A DNA stretch of 64,000 nucleotides from Hemiscyllium ocellatum (taxonomy: Eukaryota), in contig NC_083409.1 in assembly GCF_020745735.1 (NCBI RefSeq), positions 13,019,259 to 13,083,258 of the forward strand. Direction: 5' to 3'. The notes beneath the pieces are model-generated. The model saw nothing but the letters and a program-made list of their open reading frames with translations, had not been told where the DNA came from and searched no databases. Of the stretch, positions 13,201-28,200 are shown piece after piece. Position 1 is the stretch's first letter; every line of letters starts with the position of its first letter. Made by a program: the position numbers and the translations under genes.

Positions 13201-16200
13201 TGCAGTAATTTCCTTATATATTTCTTCTGTATTTTGTTTATTAAATGCCCACTAAATTGCAACTCCGACTCAACACCTTCCCAACAGAGTACTGTGGTCC
13301 TGGTGCCAAAAACCTCCATTGACTTGTTCAATTACACCATACGTTGGGGAAATTGCAAAATGCCACTGTGGCTGAAAGGAATGGAATCAGAGTCATACGA
13401 CATGGAAACGGACCCTTCGGTCCAACTCGTCCATGCCAACCAAATTTCCCAAACTAAACTAGTCCAATTAGCCTGCATTTGACCCATATTCCTCAACCTT
13501 TCCTATTCGTGTCCCTCTCCAAATGCCTTTTGAATATTGTAACTGTACTTGCATCTCCCACTTCCGCTGGCCGTTCATTCTATGTCCGACTCAACCTCTT
13601 TGTGAAAAAGTTGGCAACTGATGGTTTCACTGTTGCCTGCGGTGAGTGAATCGCTGGGGATTATTGTTCATTCAGGACCACCCCTTGCTGAGCATGGCTC
13701 AGGGCCTCAAGAGATTCCTAAATGTGGCTTCGGCCTCCTTGTGGGTTACCACATGCTACTCAAGGCCTTGTGTTTGAGAAGCGCAGGGATATATGGATGG
13801 GGGTGCTGTGGAAGGAAGGAGTCAACGTTAATTAATGAATTAATTTATGGAATGTGGATGTCACTGGCTGTGCGAACATTTATTGGCTAATTCTAATGCC
13901 CTTGAGAAGGTGGCTGTGAGCTCCCTTTTTGAATCACTGCAGTCCATGTAGGCCGACTGGTCGTGCTGTTGGGAGGGAGTTCCAGAATTTTGGCCCAATG
14001 ACACTTAAGGACAGCTGAAAGATTTACAACTCAAGATGGTAGTAGCTTGGAAGGGAACCTGTAGGTGGCGGTGTTCCCATGAATCTGCTTCCCTTGACTT
14101 CGAGATGGTACTGTCATGGGTTTGTAAGATCCATATTGAAGTGTTATGAATTTCTGCAGTGTATCTTGTTGATAGTACACACTGCTGCCCTGGGCATTAG
14201 TGGTGGAGGGAGTGAATGCAGTCTGCTTTTTCCAGCTGACGTCAAGCTTCTTGAGTGTTCTTGGAGCTGCACCCAAACCAAGCCAAGTGGCGAATAGTCT
14301 ATTGCACTTCTGACTTGAGGATTGTAGATGGTGGACAGGCTTCAGGGATTCGGGAGGTGGTTTATTTTTGCAGGATTCATTGCCTCTGACCTTCTCTTGT
14401 AGCCACAGTAGTCAGATGGCAAGTCCAGTTCAATTTCTAGTCAATAGTAACCCCCCAGAATGTTGATGGTGAGGAATTTGGTGATAAAAATGAGTCACTA
14501 GCAGTAAATGATACCGGTTCATCAGGTTACAAAGAAAAGTTGAGCATGGGTTTATTTCTGGGGCTACAGAATGGAGATGTGTTAGATATGTGTAGAACCA
14601 TGAACAGATCACCCTTGGAGCACTGCAAACAGTTCTGATCCATTGTAATATGGATGTAGAGGCAGTAGGGAATATATTAAAAATATTTACTGGAATTATA
14701 TCAAAACTGAATTTGAATCCATCAAGCAAGATTGGACAGTCTTGTCTTGTTGAAAAAGAGTATCATGGTCGAGGCCATTAAAGTTATGTCGGGGTTTGAT
14801 AGGGTTGACATAGAAAAGATATTTCTGCTTGTGAATGACACTATCCACTGGAGCTGTGGATACAATTGTAGTCACTATTACATCCAACAGGGAATTTGCT
14901 GGGGAGGAGGTGGGGGCTGGTGGGGAAGGTCTTTACCCAGAAAGAGGTTTGAGGTCAAAATTAAACCACCAGGAATAATTGAAGCAAACAACAGATGAAT
15001 TCAAGAAGAAGCTGGGAATACAAGTGATCAAAAAAAAATATGTTGATGGGTTTCGGTGGAGAGATACAGAAGGAGGCCTATGTAAATCTCAAATACCGAG
15101 ACTCTGTTTTTGCGTTCTAAATCTGTGCATGTGTGTTGATCTGTGACATTTCTATGGCAGCAGTGGCAGCAGTAAACACGACAGCCCATCCGTACCATTC
15201 TTGGAGAAAAGCAGAACCTCCCACCATACAAAGGGAAACAGCTCTATTGAAGAGGTGGTTCAAACAACAGCTGACAACTCGATCCACAGTGACAGTCTGC
15301 CTTCATTACCTGGTGAGAAAGGCGAGTTCTTTAACCAGAAATGGTGTTTTGTCCTTTCACTGATCTCATGACTTAAATGGGGATTTGTGTCTCTTCAATT
15401 AGATGATTCAAATCAACTGTCATGTAAGCACTCCTTCCATACCCAAAGGATATGTGGGTCAAATAGTAACAAGTTGAGTAACAATTTATTTCAAGATTCC
15501 TTTATTCAGTCATGTGCTCAAGCTATTCAATCCAACTTCCTTGTGTTCCCCTTGGATCTGTGGTTGTGCAGATGGAAACTTCCACATGTCCCCTTAAACA
15601 ATGTGTGATTCAACATAACAGTTGTGTTGAATCAATAATTGTAACCCAACTCTGCTCCTTGGGCAGAAAACTAATCCAAGGATTCTAGCTCAGCCTTTAA
15701 CTTCATGTTCAAGTTCTAAATCTTTCAGTGAACAATGGAAAATAACAAAGAACAATATAAATCATTTATTGTCTCTCCAGACTCTGCTTCTGTTGCCACT
15801 GAGTTCGATGAGTCAATGACTGAGGATGAAATTGAAGAGCAATCCTTTTATCCCCTTCTGCCATCAAAGAGCCATTGCTGCTTTAACATGGGGAAGAAAC
15901 ACAGGCAGCAGGATGATTCCGATGAGGACATTCTGCAGGATCAATCGGCTTCAATAGCTGTCAAAGTGAGTTCTCCCATGGGTTAGCCAAGGGTGAGTGA
16001 TGGTGCCAGTTTGTGGGATCTCAGTGCTTGGCATAGTTGCTCCTCTCCATGTTCTAGGTATCTTGCTATGAGACTCAGATGTAGAGGATGAGGAGCAGAT
16101 GGGTCAATGAGTATAAGGGAAGTGTTGGGCAGGGGCTGTTTTTTACAAATGATAATTACCACTCACCAACAATGTGCCCAGAGTTTATAAATATTGAAGA

Positions 16201-19200
16201 GGAATTAATCTTTTACATTGTTAATCTTTGTGATCGAGTTACCATGCAGTGAAGACAAAGATTAATATTTACTGGGATTCCTTGCTCACCTCGTCCGGTA
16301 AACACAAGCTAAATTTGACTGCTAAAAATGTCCCTGAATTTACAACTTTCTACTGTCCATTAAAGGTGGTAATAAGATGCAAAAGACAAGTGGCGCTTGC
16401 AGAGGAATTTGATTTGAACAAGAGACATTTGTGCAGATAATAAGAGATATTCTAATTGGAAGGATATGGTTAGTGATATCTTGCATGGATCTATGTCGGT
16501 GCCCTAACTATTCGCTATTCATGATGAAAGGAAAGCCACATTCAAAACTTGGGGCCTCTCTCCAGATTAGCAGCGATCTCGAGTGTAGGTAGATGAAAGC
16601 ATAAAATAAGAAAACAATCTTGATAGATGAAGTAAATGAAAAATCTACAGATGAGTTTGTGTCAGCAAGTGAGAGGTTGGATCAAGATAGGATATTTCTT
16701 GATTATGAAAATCGAGAGACAGTGGAGTTCAAAGAAACTTGATGGGGCTGATCCAGCTGTATGTAGTTCATGAAAATGTCACAAACAGGCTCAAAACAGT
16801 GAACAAGGATCAGTGGAATGTTGACATTTATATCCAAAGAAGTTGCAAAAGCAAAGGATTAGAAGTCATGCTTCAGCAATTCAAAGCTGAAAATGTGTTG
16901 CTGGAAAAGCGCAGCAGGTCAGGCAGCGTGCAAGGAACAGGAAATTCGACGTTTCGGGCATAAGCCCTTCATCAGAATTTCCTGTTCCTTGGATGCTGCC
17001 TGACCTGCTGCGCTTTTCCAGCAACACATTTTCAGCTCTGATCTCCAGCATCTGCAGACCTCACTTTCTCCTCTTCAGCAATTCATAACCGAGTCAGACC
17101 AATCTGTCAGGGCTGGGCACCATGGCTTAAGAAGAGTATCACTCTTAGTGGAAGTGCAATGTAGACTTACTGAAGTGATACTTGGGCTCCGAGGCTTAAT
17201 TTAAGAAGAGAGATTAAATAGATAACATGTTAGAGTCAGAACATTGAGGTGTGCTATTGTGGAACACTTTTACACACAGAAATGGATGAAGTTTGAAACT
17301 CCCTTCCACAAACAGTGATTGATTTGAAATCAGTCACAAATTTTAAATCTGAGATTGGTAGATTTTTAACCAAAATGCTGAAGGATTATGGGACAAAGAC
17401 AGGGATTTGTCATGATGTTGAAGATTACCATGATTTGGGGAATGGTGGAATAGGCTCAAGAAGCTAAATAGCCTCCTCCTGTTGTGATGTTGATGTAACC
17501 ATGACACTCTTATTCTCTGGATGTGCAACTCCTATTCTGTTTTTGGTTATTTATCAGAACCTGGCAGCAAATTAGTAACTGGAGTCCTGACCAGAAAATT
17601 ATCAGTATGAGGGACTTTGCCAGTCTTAATGTGTTTCACAGATGATGAAATGAAACAGTCAGCATTTACTCATCCTGATAAATATTGGGATAGTTTGATG
17701 GGATCACTTGTGATGCAGCATGATTGGCATATCTGATGATGCTCCAACTACTTTTAATTGTTGTTGTCGTCGTCTGCACCCAGTCCTGAGGTTTTGTGGA
17801 TTACAGGACAAGTTTTGCTTGGGTCAGGGGAAGCAGATCACCTCACTCTGTACTGTTTGTCCTCCTGTCTTTCACTGTCCAGCATGATTTCAGCATGTCC
17901 TTCTCGGGAGGTCAAGACAGTTTCTATAAATTCACCATGGAGATGGTGCGACAATACGTGGAGGAGGAGGAGATGCGTGCACAGCACCGGGTGTCCCTCC
18001 TCAAACTGAGAGAACAAGCCATGAAGGAAAAGACCAAAGCAGAGCTGGCTTGGTTGGAACACCAGAAAAAGTGAGTAGCTGACCTATGCAGTGATGGTAA
18101 GCTGTATAGCCTTTCAAAAATGCAATGTAAGAATGTGCAGATCCTTCCAGTAATCCTTTCCGGAGAAGGGGGAAAGCTAGTGTCTATTCTCATTGCAGTG
18201 AGGCTGTTGTGCAGAAGCTAGGTATTCACGTCATCTTTCCCCTTATCACTGTTTGGATTGAGTAGAATGAAGCCAATTTTGATTTTTTTTTCAAATTTTT
18301 AAGTTTGTTCTTTGAACTTGGGATGTTGCGGTAATGCTAGTATTTATTTACTCGCCCTCATTCTCGAAATGGTCATGGTGTTGAGCTGCCTTGAGCCACT
18401 GCAGTCTGCTTAGTCAATATAAACGTATCAACTCGCAAGTGCTGTTAGGTTTGGAGTTCAAGGCTCTGGAATAGATTGTTGCAAGGCTGTTGTCCTCACC
18501 CACGGGTCAGGATTTTAAACAAATAATTTCAATAGACTTCTTCGCTGCTGGTAAGGCCAGTATTGTTGTCCATCCTTCATTGCACTTGGGAAGGTGATAG
18601 TGAGTCATTTCCTCAAACATCTGCAGTTCACCCGCTACAGGTACAACCACAATGCTGACAGGAAAGGAGTACCTGGGATTTTGATCCTATAGCAGTGAAG
18701 GAATGATGTATTCCTAAGTCAGGACGATGTGTGGCTTGCAGAGGAGCTTACAAGTAATGGTGTTACCATGTTATCTACTGTCTGTGTCCTTTTAGATGGT
18801 AGAGGTCTCAGGCTTTGAAGATGCTATTGAAGGAATTGAGTGAGTTTCTGCAGTGCATCATATAGTGCACAAAGCTCTCACTGTAGCAGGTTGCTACATC
18901 CTATTTGGTGTTCTGCATCTTGGGCATGTACTGGGGAGACAGAAAGTAAGTTACTTAGTGAAGAATTTTCAGCTTCCGACCTGCTTTTGTTGACCTAGTA
19001 TGGTATAGCTGATCCATTTTAGTTTCAGGTCGAGAGTAACTCTAATGTGATAATTGTGAGGGAAGCAGTGATGATAATACCACTTCATATCAAAACGATT
19101 GCAAGAGATGGTCAATGCTTGGTCAGTATGGTATGCATGCATCCATGCTGCCGTAATACTGTAGTCACGTATGCCATACTAGTTGTGGGCAAAAGATTTC

Positions 19201-22200
19201 CTTCAAAGTCCGTCCGTGAATTATTTGGGTTTTTCCGGCTGCTCAACATCTTTGTGGACACTTTTACTGACACCAACCTTTTATTTCCAGATTTTCTTTC
19301 AAAATATCCTTTTTAATTTTGTGAGCATAAACACTGTCTTGTTGAAATAAAATTTCTTCAAATTGAGTATGACAAGAATGGAGGGGCATTACAGTTATAA
19401 AATATTAAGAAGACTTTGCTGCTAAACAAAATCTTAAACCCTGATCATTCTCTTTCTGGTTTAGTTGCTAATTCAGCAGTGGTGACACTGTGAGATCTAT
19501 TTGGGCAGATTTATCCAAGTTTGTCTGTAAATTTGAGCATCATTATACCATGTGTAGGGAACTATGGCTTCCTAAAGAAGTTGAATCTCTTGTCAAGAGG
19601 ATGAAGAAAACTTATGTTAGGATGAGATGTAAAGCTCAGTCAGAGTGCTTGAGAGTTACGGGTTAGCCAGGAAAGACCAAAAGAGAGAGCTAAGAAGGGA
19701 CATGAGAAATCACTGGCAGATAGGATCAAGGAAAACCATCAAGTTTTCTATAAATATATAAGGAAGAAAAGAATGATGAGAAAGATTAGGGCCAATCAAG
19801 GATAGTTGTGGGATGTTGGGCATGGAGTCCGTGGAGATGGGGAAGCACTTAAAGAATATTTTTTGTTCATTTTTACACTGGAAAAAGACAGTGTTGTCAA
19901 GGAGAATACTGCGATGCAGGCTATTAGACTAGATGGGATTGAGGTTGACGAGGAGGAGTTAGCAATTCGAGGAAGTGTGAAAATAGATAAGTCCCCTGGG
20001 CCAGATGGGATTAATCCGAGGATTTTCTGAGAAGCCAGGGAGGAGATTGCAAAACCTTGACCTTTGATCTATATGTCGTCGTTGTCTACAGGAGCAGTGC
20101 TAGAAGACTGGAGGATAACAAATGTTGTCCCCTTGTTTGAGAAGGGGAGTAAAAACAACCCTGTTATTATAGACGAGTGAGCCTCATTCGGTTCTGGGTA
20201 AGATGTTGGAAAAGGTTATAAGAGGTAGGATTTATAATCATCAAGAAGGGAATATGTAGATTAGGGATAGTCAACTCATTTTTGTGAAGAGTAGGTCGTG
20301 TCTCACAAACCCTATTGAGTTCTTTTGAGAAAGTGACCAAACAGATGGATGAGGGTAAAGCAGTTGATGTGGTGTATATGGATTTCAGTAAGGCATTTGA
20401 TAAATTTCCCACTGTAGGCTATTGCACAAAATACAGAGGCATGGGAGTTAGGGTGATTTAACTGTTTGGATCAGAAATTGGCTCGCTGAAAGAAGACAGA
20501 GTGTAGTAGCTAATGAGAAATGTTCATCCTGGAGTTCAATAACGGGTGATGTAACGCAAGGATCTATTTTGGGTGCACTGCTGTTTGTCATTTTTGACTC
20601 AGATGAGGGCATAGAATGATGGGTGAGTAAATTTGCAGATGACAAGAAGGTCAGTGGAGTTGTGTATAATGCTGAAGGGTGTTGCAGGTTACCGAAGGAT
20701 ATAGATAAGCTGCAGAGCTGAGCTGAGAAGTGGCAAATGGAGTTTAATGCAGAAAAGTATGAGGTGATTCAGTTAGGAAGGAGCAACAGGAATAAGGAAT
20801 ACTGGGCTAATGGTAAGATTCTTGGTAGTGTAGATGAGCAGAGAGGTCTCGGTGTCCATGTATAGGTCCTTGAAAGTTGCCACCCAGCTTGATAGGGTTG
20901 TTCCGAAGGCATACGGTGTATTAGCTTTTATTGGTAGAGGGATTGAGTTTCAGAGCCACAAGGACATGTTGCAGCTGTACAAAACTCTGGTGTGGCCATA
21001 CTTGGAGTACTGTGTACAGTTCTAGTCACTGCATTATAGAAAGGATGTGGAAGCTTCAGAAAGGGTTCAGAGGAGATTTACAAGGATGTTACCTGGTATG
21101 GAGGGAAGGTCTTATGAGGAATGGCTGAGGGACTTACGGCTGTTTTCATTAGAGAGAAAAAGATTGAGAGGTGATTTAATTGTGACATATAAGATAATCA
21201 GAGGGTTAGATAGGGTGGACAGAGAGAGCCTTTTTTCCCAGATGGTGATGGCTAGCACAAGGGGACATAGCTTTAAATTGCAGGAGGATGTACAGATGTC
21301 AGAGGTAATTTCTTTAGTCAGAGTGGTAGTGGTGTGGAACACACTGCCTGAAACAGTAGTGGACTCATCAACTTTAAGGGCATTTACATGCTCATTGGAT
21401 AAACATATGGATGAAAATGGAATAGTGGAGGATAGATGGGCTTCAAATTGGTTCTACAGGTCAGTGCAACATTGATGGCCAAAGTGCCTGTAGTGTGCTG
21501 TAATGCTCTTTGTTCTATGTTCATGTGACTTTGCCATGTCCTCTAACCAGATGCCTTCAAGACAATGGAGAAGATGACAAGATGCCATCCATCCGTAGGA
21601 GGCAGCGTGGGCTTCTGCTCAGGCTGCAGCAGGAGCAGGTATGACCCACTGAATGCCAGGGAAAATGTTCATACTTCATGAATGAGCATGTTTCCCCAAG
21701 GTTCCGATTTGATTTCAAACCTTTTATTAACGGTGATCCAGGTTTTCCTTGAAATGCCAATAACAAATGCTACTGAGTGTAATGTATATGCTCGGCCTAG
21801 GGACAGATTTCCATGCCATGGTGTTTCTGAATGCAGTTTTTCTACTGGCAATGTGCACGGCAGCACCCTGGGGCTGAAACATCTGAAGTGTTCTTCGGCC
21901 AGTAATTAATCTGCATTGTCTCTCCAGGCCAGCAGGCATCTATCTTTGTTCTCCCCTTTTTTTGTTTGAAAACAAGTTGCTTTTCAAAGTTCAATTCTCA
22001 ACTTCAGCTCACAGTTCCAAACCAAAAATGAGAAAAATATAGTTGCTGATTTTTGTTGGCAGAGGTGTTGCCAATCACGCAGTGTCAGGCAGTATCACAC
22101 AGACTTGGAATGTTACGTTATTTGCTGTTGGACTCACTACAGATTTGTCAGATTCTGCACTCACTCAACCCAGGCACACTTTCCAACTTGCCCAGCAGCA

Positions 22201-25200
22201 AGAGCTAATACGCAATTCTCGTGAGTGGAAATCTGCCTATTCATCATCTTTCTCTTCTGCAAAGTACTTGGCAGCTGAGGACAGTTTTTCAGGTTTGAGA
22301 ACTCAGGTTAACTCACCACAGGCCAGGAAGCAACCTCCTGAAATAAAATCAGAAATGCTCACTCAAAGTTAGGCATCAGCTGTTGAAAAAGAACGTGAGT
22401 AACTCTTTCATGATAATTTTCCACCTGGAGTACTTGACTGTTTGAGTTCGTGTTGACAATACATTTTGTCGAAAAAACCCACAAAGTTTTCATCAAGAAC
22501 AAGCATTATAAGTTGTAAAAGTTGCACAGTGCCACCTGGAAACTGTGCAACTTAGAACTTAATGGGTTATGGAGTTGCGTGCCCTGACTTCATTTTTGTC
22601 TGTAGTTTGTCGTCAAAATAAATTTATTGACGATGTAAAGACGGGTTTGGTTGGTCTCTAACATGGTAATACATTGTATACAATTTCACCACAGGCTGAA
22701 ATCAGGCATCTTCAAAAAGCCAACAAGGCTGCTCACAGGGAGAGGCAGCTGATCCTGAAACAGCAGGAGGAGATTCAACACATGCTCCAGTCCACCATGG
22801 AAATTCAGGAGAGGCTCAAATCAGTTGGGGAGAGCAAGTTGGTTAGTATCCCACCATTTACAAACACCTGAACTGATCAATTCAAGGTTACTATTAAAGT
22901 AAGGAATTACTTACTCTGCAGCATGAATGATGGGTGGTCAATTTCAATCCAAACTTGCTATCAGCCAGGTTTCTAGTCTATATTATCATTACAATATAAA
23001 TAAAACTTCTAATATTTTACAGAAAAGATGTAAGAATGGTTTGTCTGCCACTGAGAAACATCAACTTAAGCCTCGGTACCTTTATTAAGTTGATAACATG
23101 TTCACATGTTCCCTTATGTAGAGACCAAAACTCTGCAACCTAAAATACCAGGAATACCTGCTGCCGCCGAGAATACCATCCTTTGTATTCATTGATGTCG
23201 TGTTTTGTTCTGCATTCCGTAGAAGTGACAGCACAAGAAATGGAGCTTTCAGCGCAATGTATCTGTGCTTCTGTTCTTTCCCTCCCTGCAATCTGGCTCC
23301 GACCTGTTATCAGCATATCCTACAAAGGGGTCAAAACATTTTTGCACTTGATCATGTGCATAGGAATGGGACTAGGTTGTTGAGCCACTCATCTGTTTGC
23401 ACTTGCTTCTATTATAATTGATCTACATCTCCCTCCCTTAATCTGTTTCCCTGAATAAACATTCCCAACAAATAAAAAAAATCAAACTCTTTTAAAATAT
23501 TCAATTAATTCAAAGCTCAATTAATTCAAAACTAATGAAACACTCTGCCTCCTGAAAGGAAATGATGTTGCTTAGTTGCAGAAACCTGTCTTTGAATCTC
23601 ATCTGTGTTTCACTAATTCTGGAGCTGTTTCCATTTAGGAGCAAACGTAACTTTCCATGCGCCCATCTTGGTATATTCTCAGGTTCCAACTCGACAGGAG
23701 CAGCGGAATGCAGAACAACCAGAAGTGCAGAATGTTTCCAAAGTGAGCCCCACTTCCACTCTCCTGGAAACAGATACGGAGACGTGGAGTCCCTCCTCTG
23801 TTTCGACTTCAGGCAGCGAGACCAGCAACATCATGCAAAAACAGAAGATGCGCAGTCATGTGGATGAAAAGTAATATCTCTTATGGCTTCTTATAAGGCA
23901 TATTGCTGTAAAAGACTGGCAAGCCAACCAGCTCATTTGTCAGCTGGTGATGTTATGGAGAGGATGAGAAAGAGAGAGACCGAGTGGCTCTGAGCAGAGA
24001 TAAATATAAGAAGTCCATTTCACTGTGCTTTTCAAAGGCAGTGTGTTTGCTGCAAATGGTGTTTCTAATGATCCCACCTGAGGTGTTGTCATGTTTGACC
24101 CTGCGAGTGGGGCAGCAAAACATCAATATGGCCTCACTGCTACTGCTCTCCAAGTAGGGGAGCTTTTTTCTTACCCTAATCTTTTTTATTCACACCCATT
24201 GCCCTGGAGTAACAGTCTCAGAATGGGATTGCACTGTGAAGATTTTCACTCGTGCAAAGCTTGCTTTGCCTTTCAGTGGAGTGTGTTAGGAAACTGGAGG
24301 TACATGCAAATGTTGCAGGAATTGTTTTTCCTGGTGGAATTATCAGCTTGACATCATTGTGTTGTGTTAGCTTTTTTATCCTATGAAGACAATTGTGTAC
24401 ACTACAGAGGATATAAACAGGTCTTATTAGGGCAGCACCATGGCTCAATGGCGAGCACTGCTGCCTCACAGTGCCAGGAACCCGGGTTCGATTCTACCTT
24501 CAGGTGACTGTGTGGAGTTTGCACATTCTCCCAATGTCTGCATGGGTTTCCTCCCGCTGTCCACAAATATGCAGGTTAGGTGGATTGGCCATGCTAAATT
24601 GCCCATAATGCCGAGCGATATGCAGGCAAGGTGAATTAGCCATGGGAAATGCAAAGTTACATTCATAGCTTAGGGGAGTGAGTTTGGGTGGGTTGCTGTG
24701 CGAGGGGTTATTATGGACTCAATGGGCTGAATGGCCTGTTTCCACACTGAGGGATTCTATGATTTGTTCCAAACACTTCACATCAGTGTTACTGCTCCAC
24801 TTGAGAATCCTGTCACCCTTGCTCATCTATTACCCTGACCCTCTATTCCTTTCTCCCTCTAATCTTGTCTATACTCCCCTTAAACACCCGTATCATATTT
24901 GATTCAACTGCTCCCTGTTCAGTCTTCATTGGTGTAATCCAATTCTGCAGATCTTCCATATCTCCCTGATGGATTTCTTGGTGACTACTTTGTGACCTCA
25001 AGGTAGCTCTTCCCTGTGAATGGAAACATTCTGTCTGTATCCAGTCTGCTGAACCCTGTCAACATTTTAAAGACCTCTATTATGTCCCTGTTTGTCCTTC
25101 TTTCAGAGAAAAGAGACATAGCCTGTCAACCCTTTCCTGAGATGTGAACCCACACATTCCTGTGACCAACCTTGTCAATCTTGTCTGTGTACCCACTTCA

Positions 25201-28200
25201 GTTTCTCCTTTTTCTATTTATAGTATGATGATCAGCCTGCACACAGTATCCAAGTGTGGTTTCAGCAAGGTTTGATTCAGGTTTAGCAGATTTAATAAAT
25301 AATTAGATAGGGATGATGTGCTAAACTACTGGTGTTTTTTTCTGATCTAATTGATTTAAATAAATGTGAGGTACTGCATTTTGGTAAGGCAAATCAGGGC
25401 AGGACTTAATGGGAAGGTCCTGGGCAGTGTTGCTGAACAAAGAGACCTTGGGGTGCAGGTTCCTAGATCCTTGAAGACGGAGTTTCAGTCAGACAGGGTC
25501 GTGAAGAAACCGTTTGGTGTGCTTGCATTTATTGGTCAGTGCATTGAGTATAAGAGTTGGGATGTCATGTTATGGTTGTACAGGACATTGGTGAGGCCAC
25601 TTTTGGAATAATGCATTCAGTGCTGGTGTGTTGTCAAACTTGAAAGGATTCAGTAAAGGTTTACAAGGATGTTGCGAGGGTTGAAGGTTTGAGCTGAAGG
25701 GTAACCTTAAAGGTTTATAAAATCATGAGGGGCATGGATAGGGTAAATAGCCATGATCTTTTTTTTCCAGGATAGCGGAGTCAAAAACTAGAGACCATAG
25801 GTAAGAAAGGAAAAATTTAAAACTTACCTCAGGGGCAACGTTTTCACACAAGTATGGAATGAGCTGCCAGAGTTGGTAGTGAAGGCAGCAATAATTACAA
25901 CATTAAACAAACATCAGATGGGTTTGTAATCTGTGGTTGGACTGTTAGGAAGGCAGTGCTTGAGATTCTCCCACTATCTAAGTCAGAAAGAGAAATGGAG
26001 CTGGGGTTGGTTTTGATGAGCTCTGTTGCCATTTGAAGTTAATGAATCCGAGCAGAAGGGGTTGTGTTGATGTAGAGGTGTAGGGAAGTTGGTTACAAAT
26101 GTTTTGATTGAATATTTGTAATTTCTCTTTCATAATGTGAGGTTTTCTTGAGTATCTAAAGATAAAGCAATTTTGGGGAGATACTCAGCTGTTTTGTTTT
26201 TCTTGTTTTGCTCCTTTATTTTGTAAACATCGCTCTCCTGTCACTACTTCCTCTCTGGCTTTACGTCTCATCAGTGGGCTTCTCTCAGTGTCTGTTTTTC
26301 CATCCTACATCCCAAATTCCAGATGTCCATCTACAACCAGCTGGTCAGGTACTGTGCAACCTCTGCTTCTCACTGATCGAGCATGCTCTGTTTCATCACA
26401 TGCATGTGGATGATGTGGGGGGTCGGTGGAGGGTCAAGGGGAAAGGAATTTTGGCTTCACATAGATGCAGCAAGCTGCTCGTTTGCAATATAATGCATAC
26501 TTTACAATTAATCTGGAACGTGGTTTTATAGGGGCATTACTGTGAAAGCAAGAAGTTGAAGTTACACAAACAATCTTGAGCTGCTCATGCTAACAGGGTA
26601 CAATAAAGATTGACCTGTTTTACGTTGAGTTGGACTTTTGCAAATTGTCTGGCAGAGTTAGCAGCCCACTAACCTTGATAAATATAACTTTAAGAAATCT
26701 GAAATTTGAGTTGCAAGGTTGAATTTTCATAAGGCAGTGCTTCTTTAAGAGGGCAAATGTGTCTTTGGTGAACATTTGAGGTATTCTTATGGATATGAAA
26801 ACTTAATTGGTATGTAACCGTCACAGTAGACATGAGTATCTCCAACTACATGCAGCTACATGTTGGCTGTACTACATTTCTGAATGAAATTCACCCAAAA
26901 TTAGTGAAATAATTGAAAAGTATTGCAGAATTAGAAGTGTAAATTATGTTTGTTGTGTGAATGTTGTAATATTGGAAAGCTAATAGTAACTAGCACATTC
27001 TCCCAAGGTGATTAACTACCACTGGAACTTTGTAATAATTATGCTTGTGTAAAGCTTTAAAGAGGCTGTAACAAATAATTAGCTTTTTCTTTTGTGATCC
27101 AGATAAGCAATTAACATGTTTTAGAAGTAATTGTATATTTTTCCTGTTAGTAACATGAAAAGCAAGATAATAATAAGCCCCTTGAGCCTGCTCTGTCATT
27201 CAGTCTGATCATGATGATCCCACTTTCTCCCCATACCATTTGATCTCTTTAGCCCTAAGAACTATATCTAACCCTTGAAAATATTCAATGTTTTGTCCTG
27301 AAATACATTTTGTGGTAGAATATTTTGTTGGTTCAACACGATCTGGATGAAGAAATTTCTCCTCATCTCAGTTCTGAACAGCCTAACCTATATCCTTTAG
27401 ACTATGACCACTGGTTCTGGCCTACCCCACCATGAAGGCCAACATACCATTTGTCTTCACCACTTGCTGCACCTGCATGCTTACTCTCAGTGACTGGTGT
27501 ACAAAGACACCCTTTGTTGTAACTCTCCCTTTCCTAATCTATTCAGATAATCTCGCTGTCTGTTTTTGCAACCAAAAATCTCAAAATTATCTTTCATCTG
27601 CCATGCATTTTCCTTATCACTCAATTTATGTAAATCACACTTGAAGCATCTCTGCATCCTCCTCACAGTTTACCTTCCACCCAGCTTTGTGTCACCCACA
27701 AACTTAGAAATAGTAATAGTTCCCTCATTTAAATCATTCGTATATATTGTCAATAACTGGGTTTGAACCATTGATCCCTGTAGTACTTCACTGGTCACTG
27801 GCTGCCACTCAGAAAATGGCCTGTTTATTCCAGCTCCTTGTTTCCTGTCTGCCAACTAGCGCTCTGTCCATGCAAATACACTCCGCACCACCCCCCCCAC
27901 CCCGATCTCTCACATTATATGCTAATTTCTTATGTGGGACCTGATCAAAAGAGTTCTGAAGTCAAGGTAACACCCATGGGTTGCCCCTTATCAATTCTAC
28001 TAGGTAGATCCTCAAACTTTCAGTAGATTTGCTAAGTATGATTCCCCTCTTTTAAATCCATGCCAACTCTGTCCAATCCTGTCACTGTTCAGTAAGAAAC
28101 TTGACTGTACGCCAATATAGCTTGTAAATGTATCTGCTCCCAGAATTTGGAAAGCGGGCACACTGCCCTCCAAAGAAAAATCTGCTGTCACAGGCTTCAC

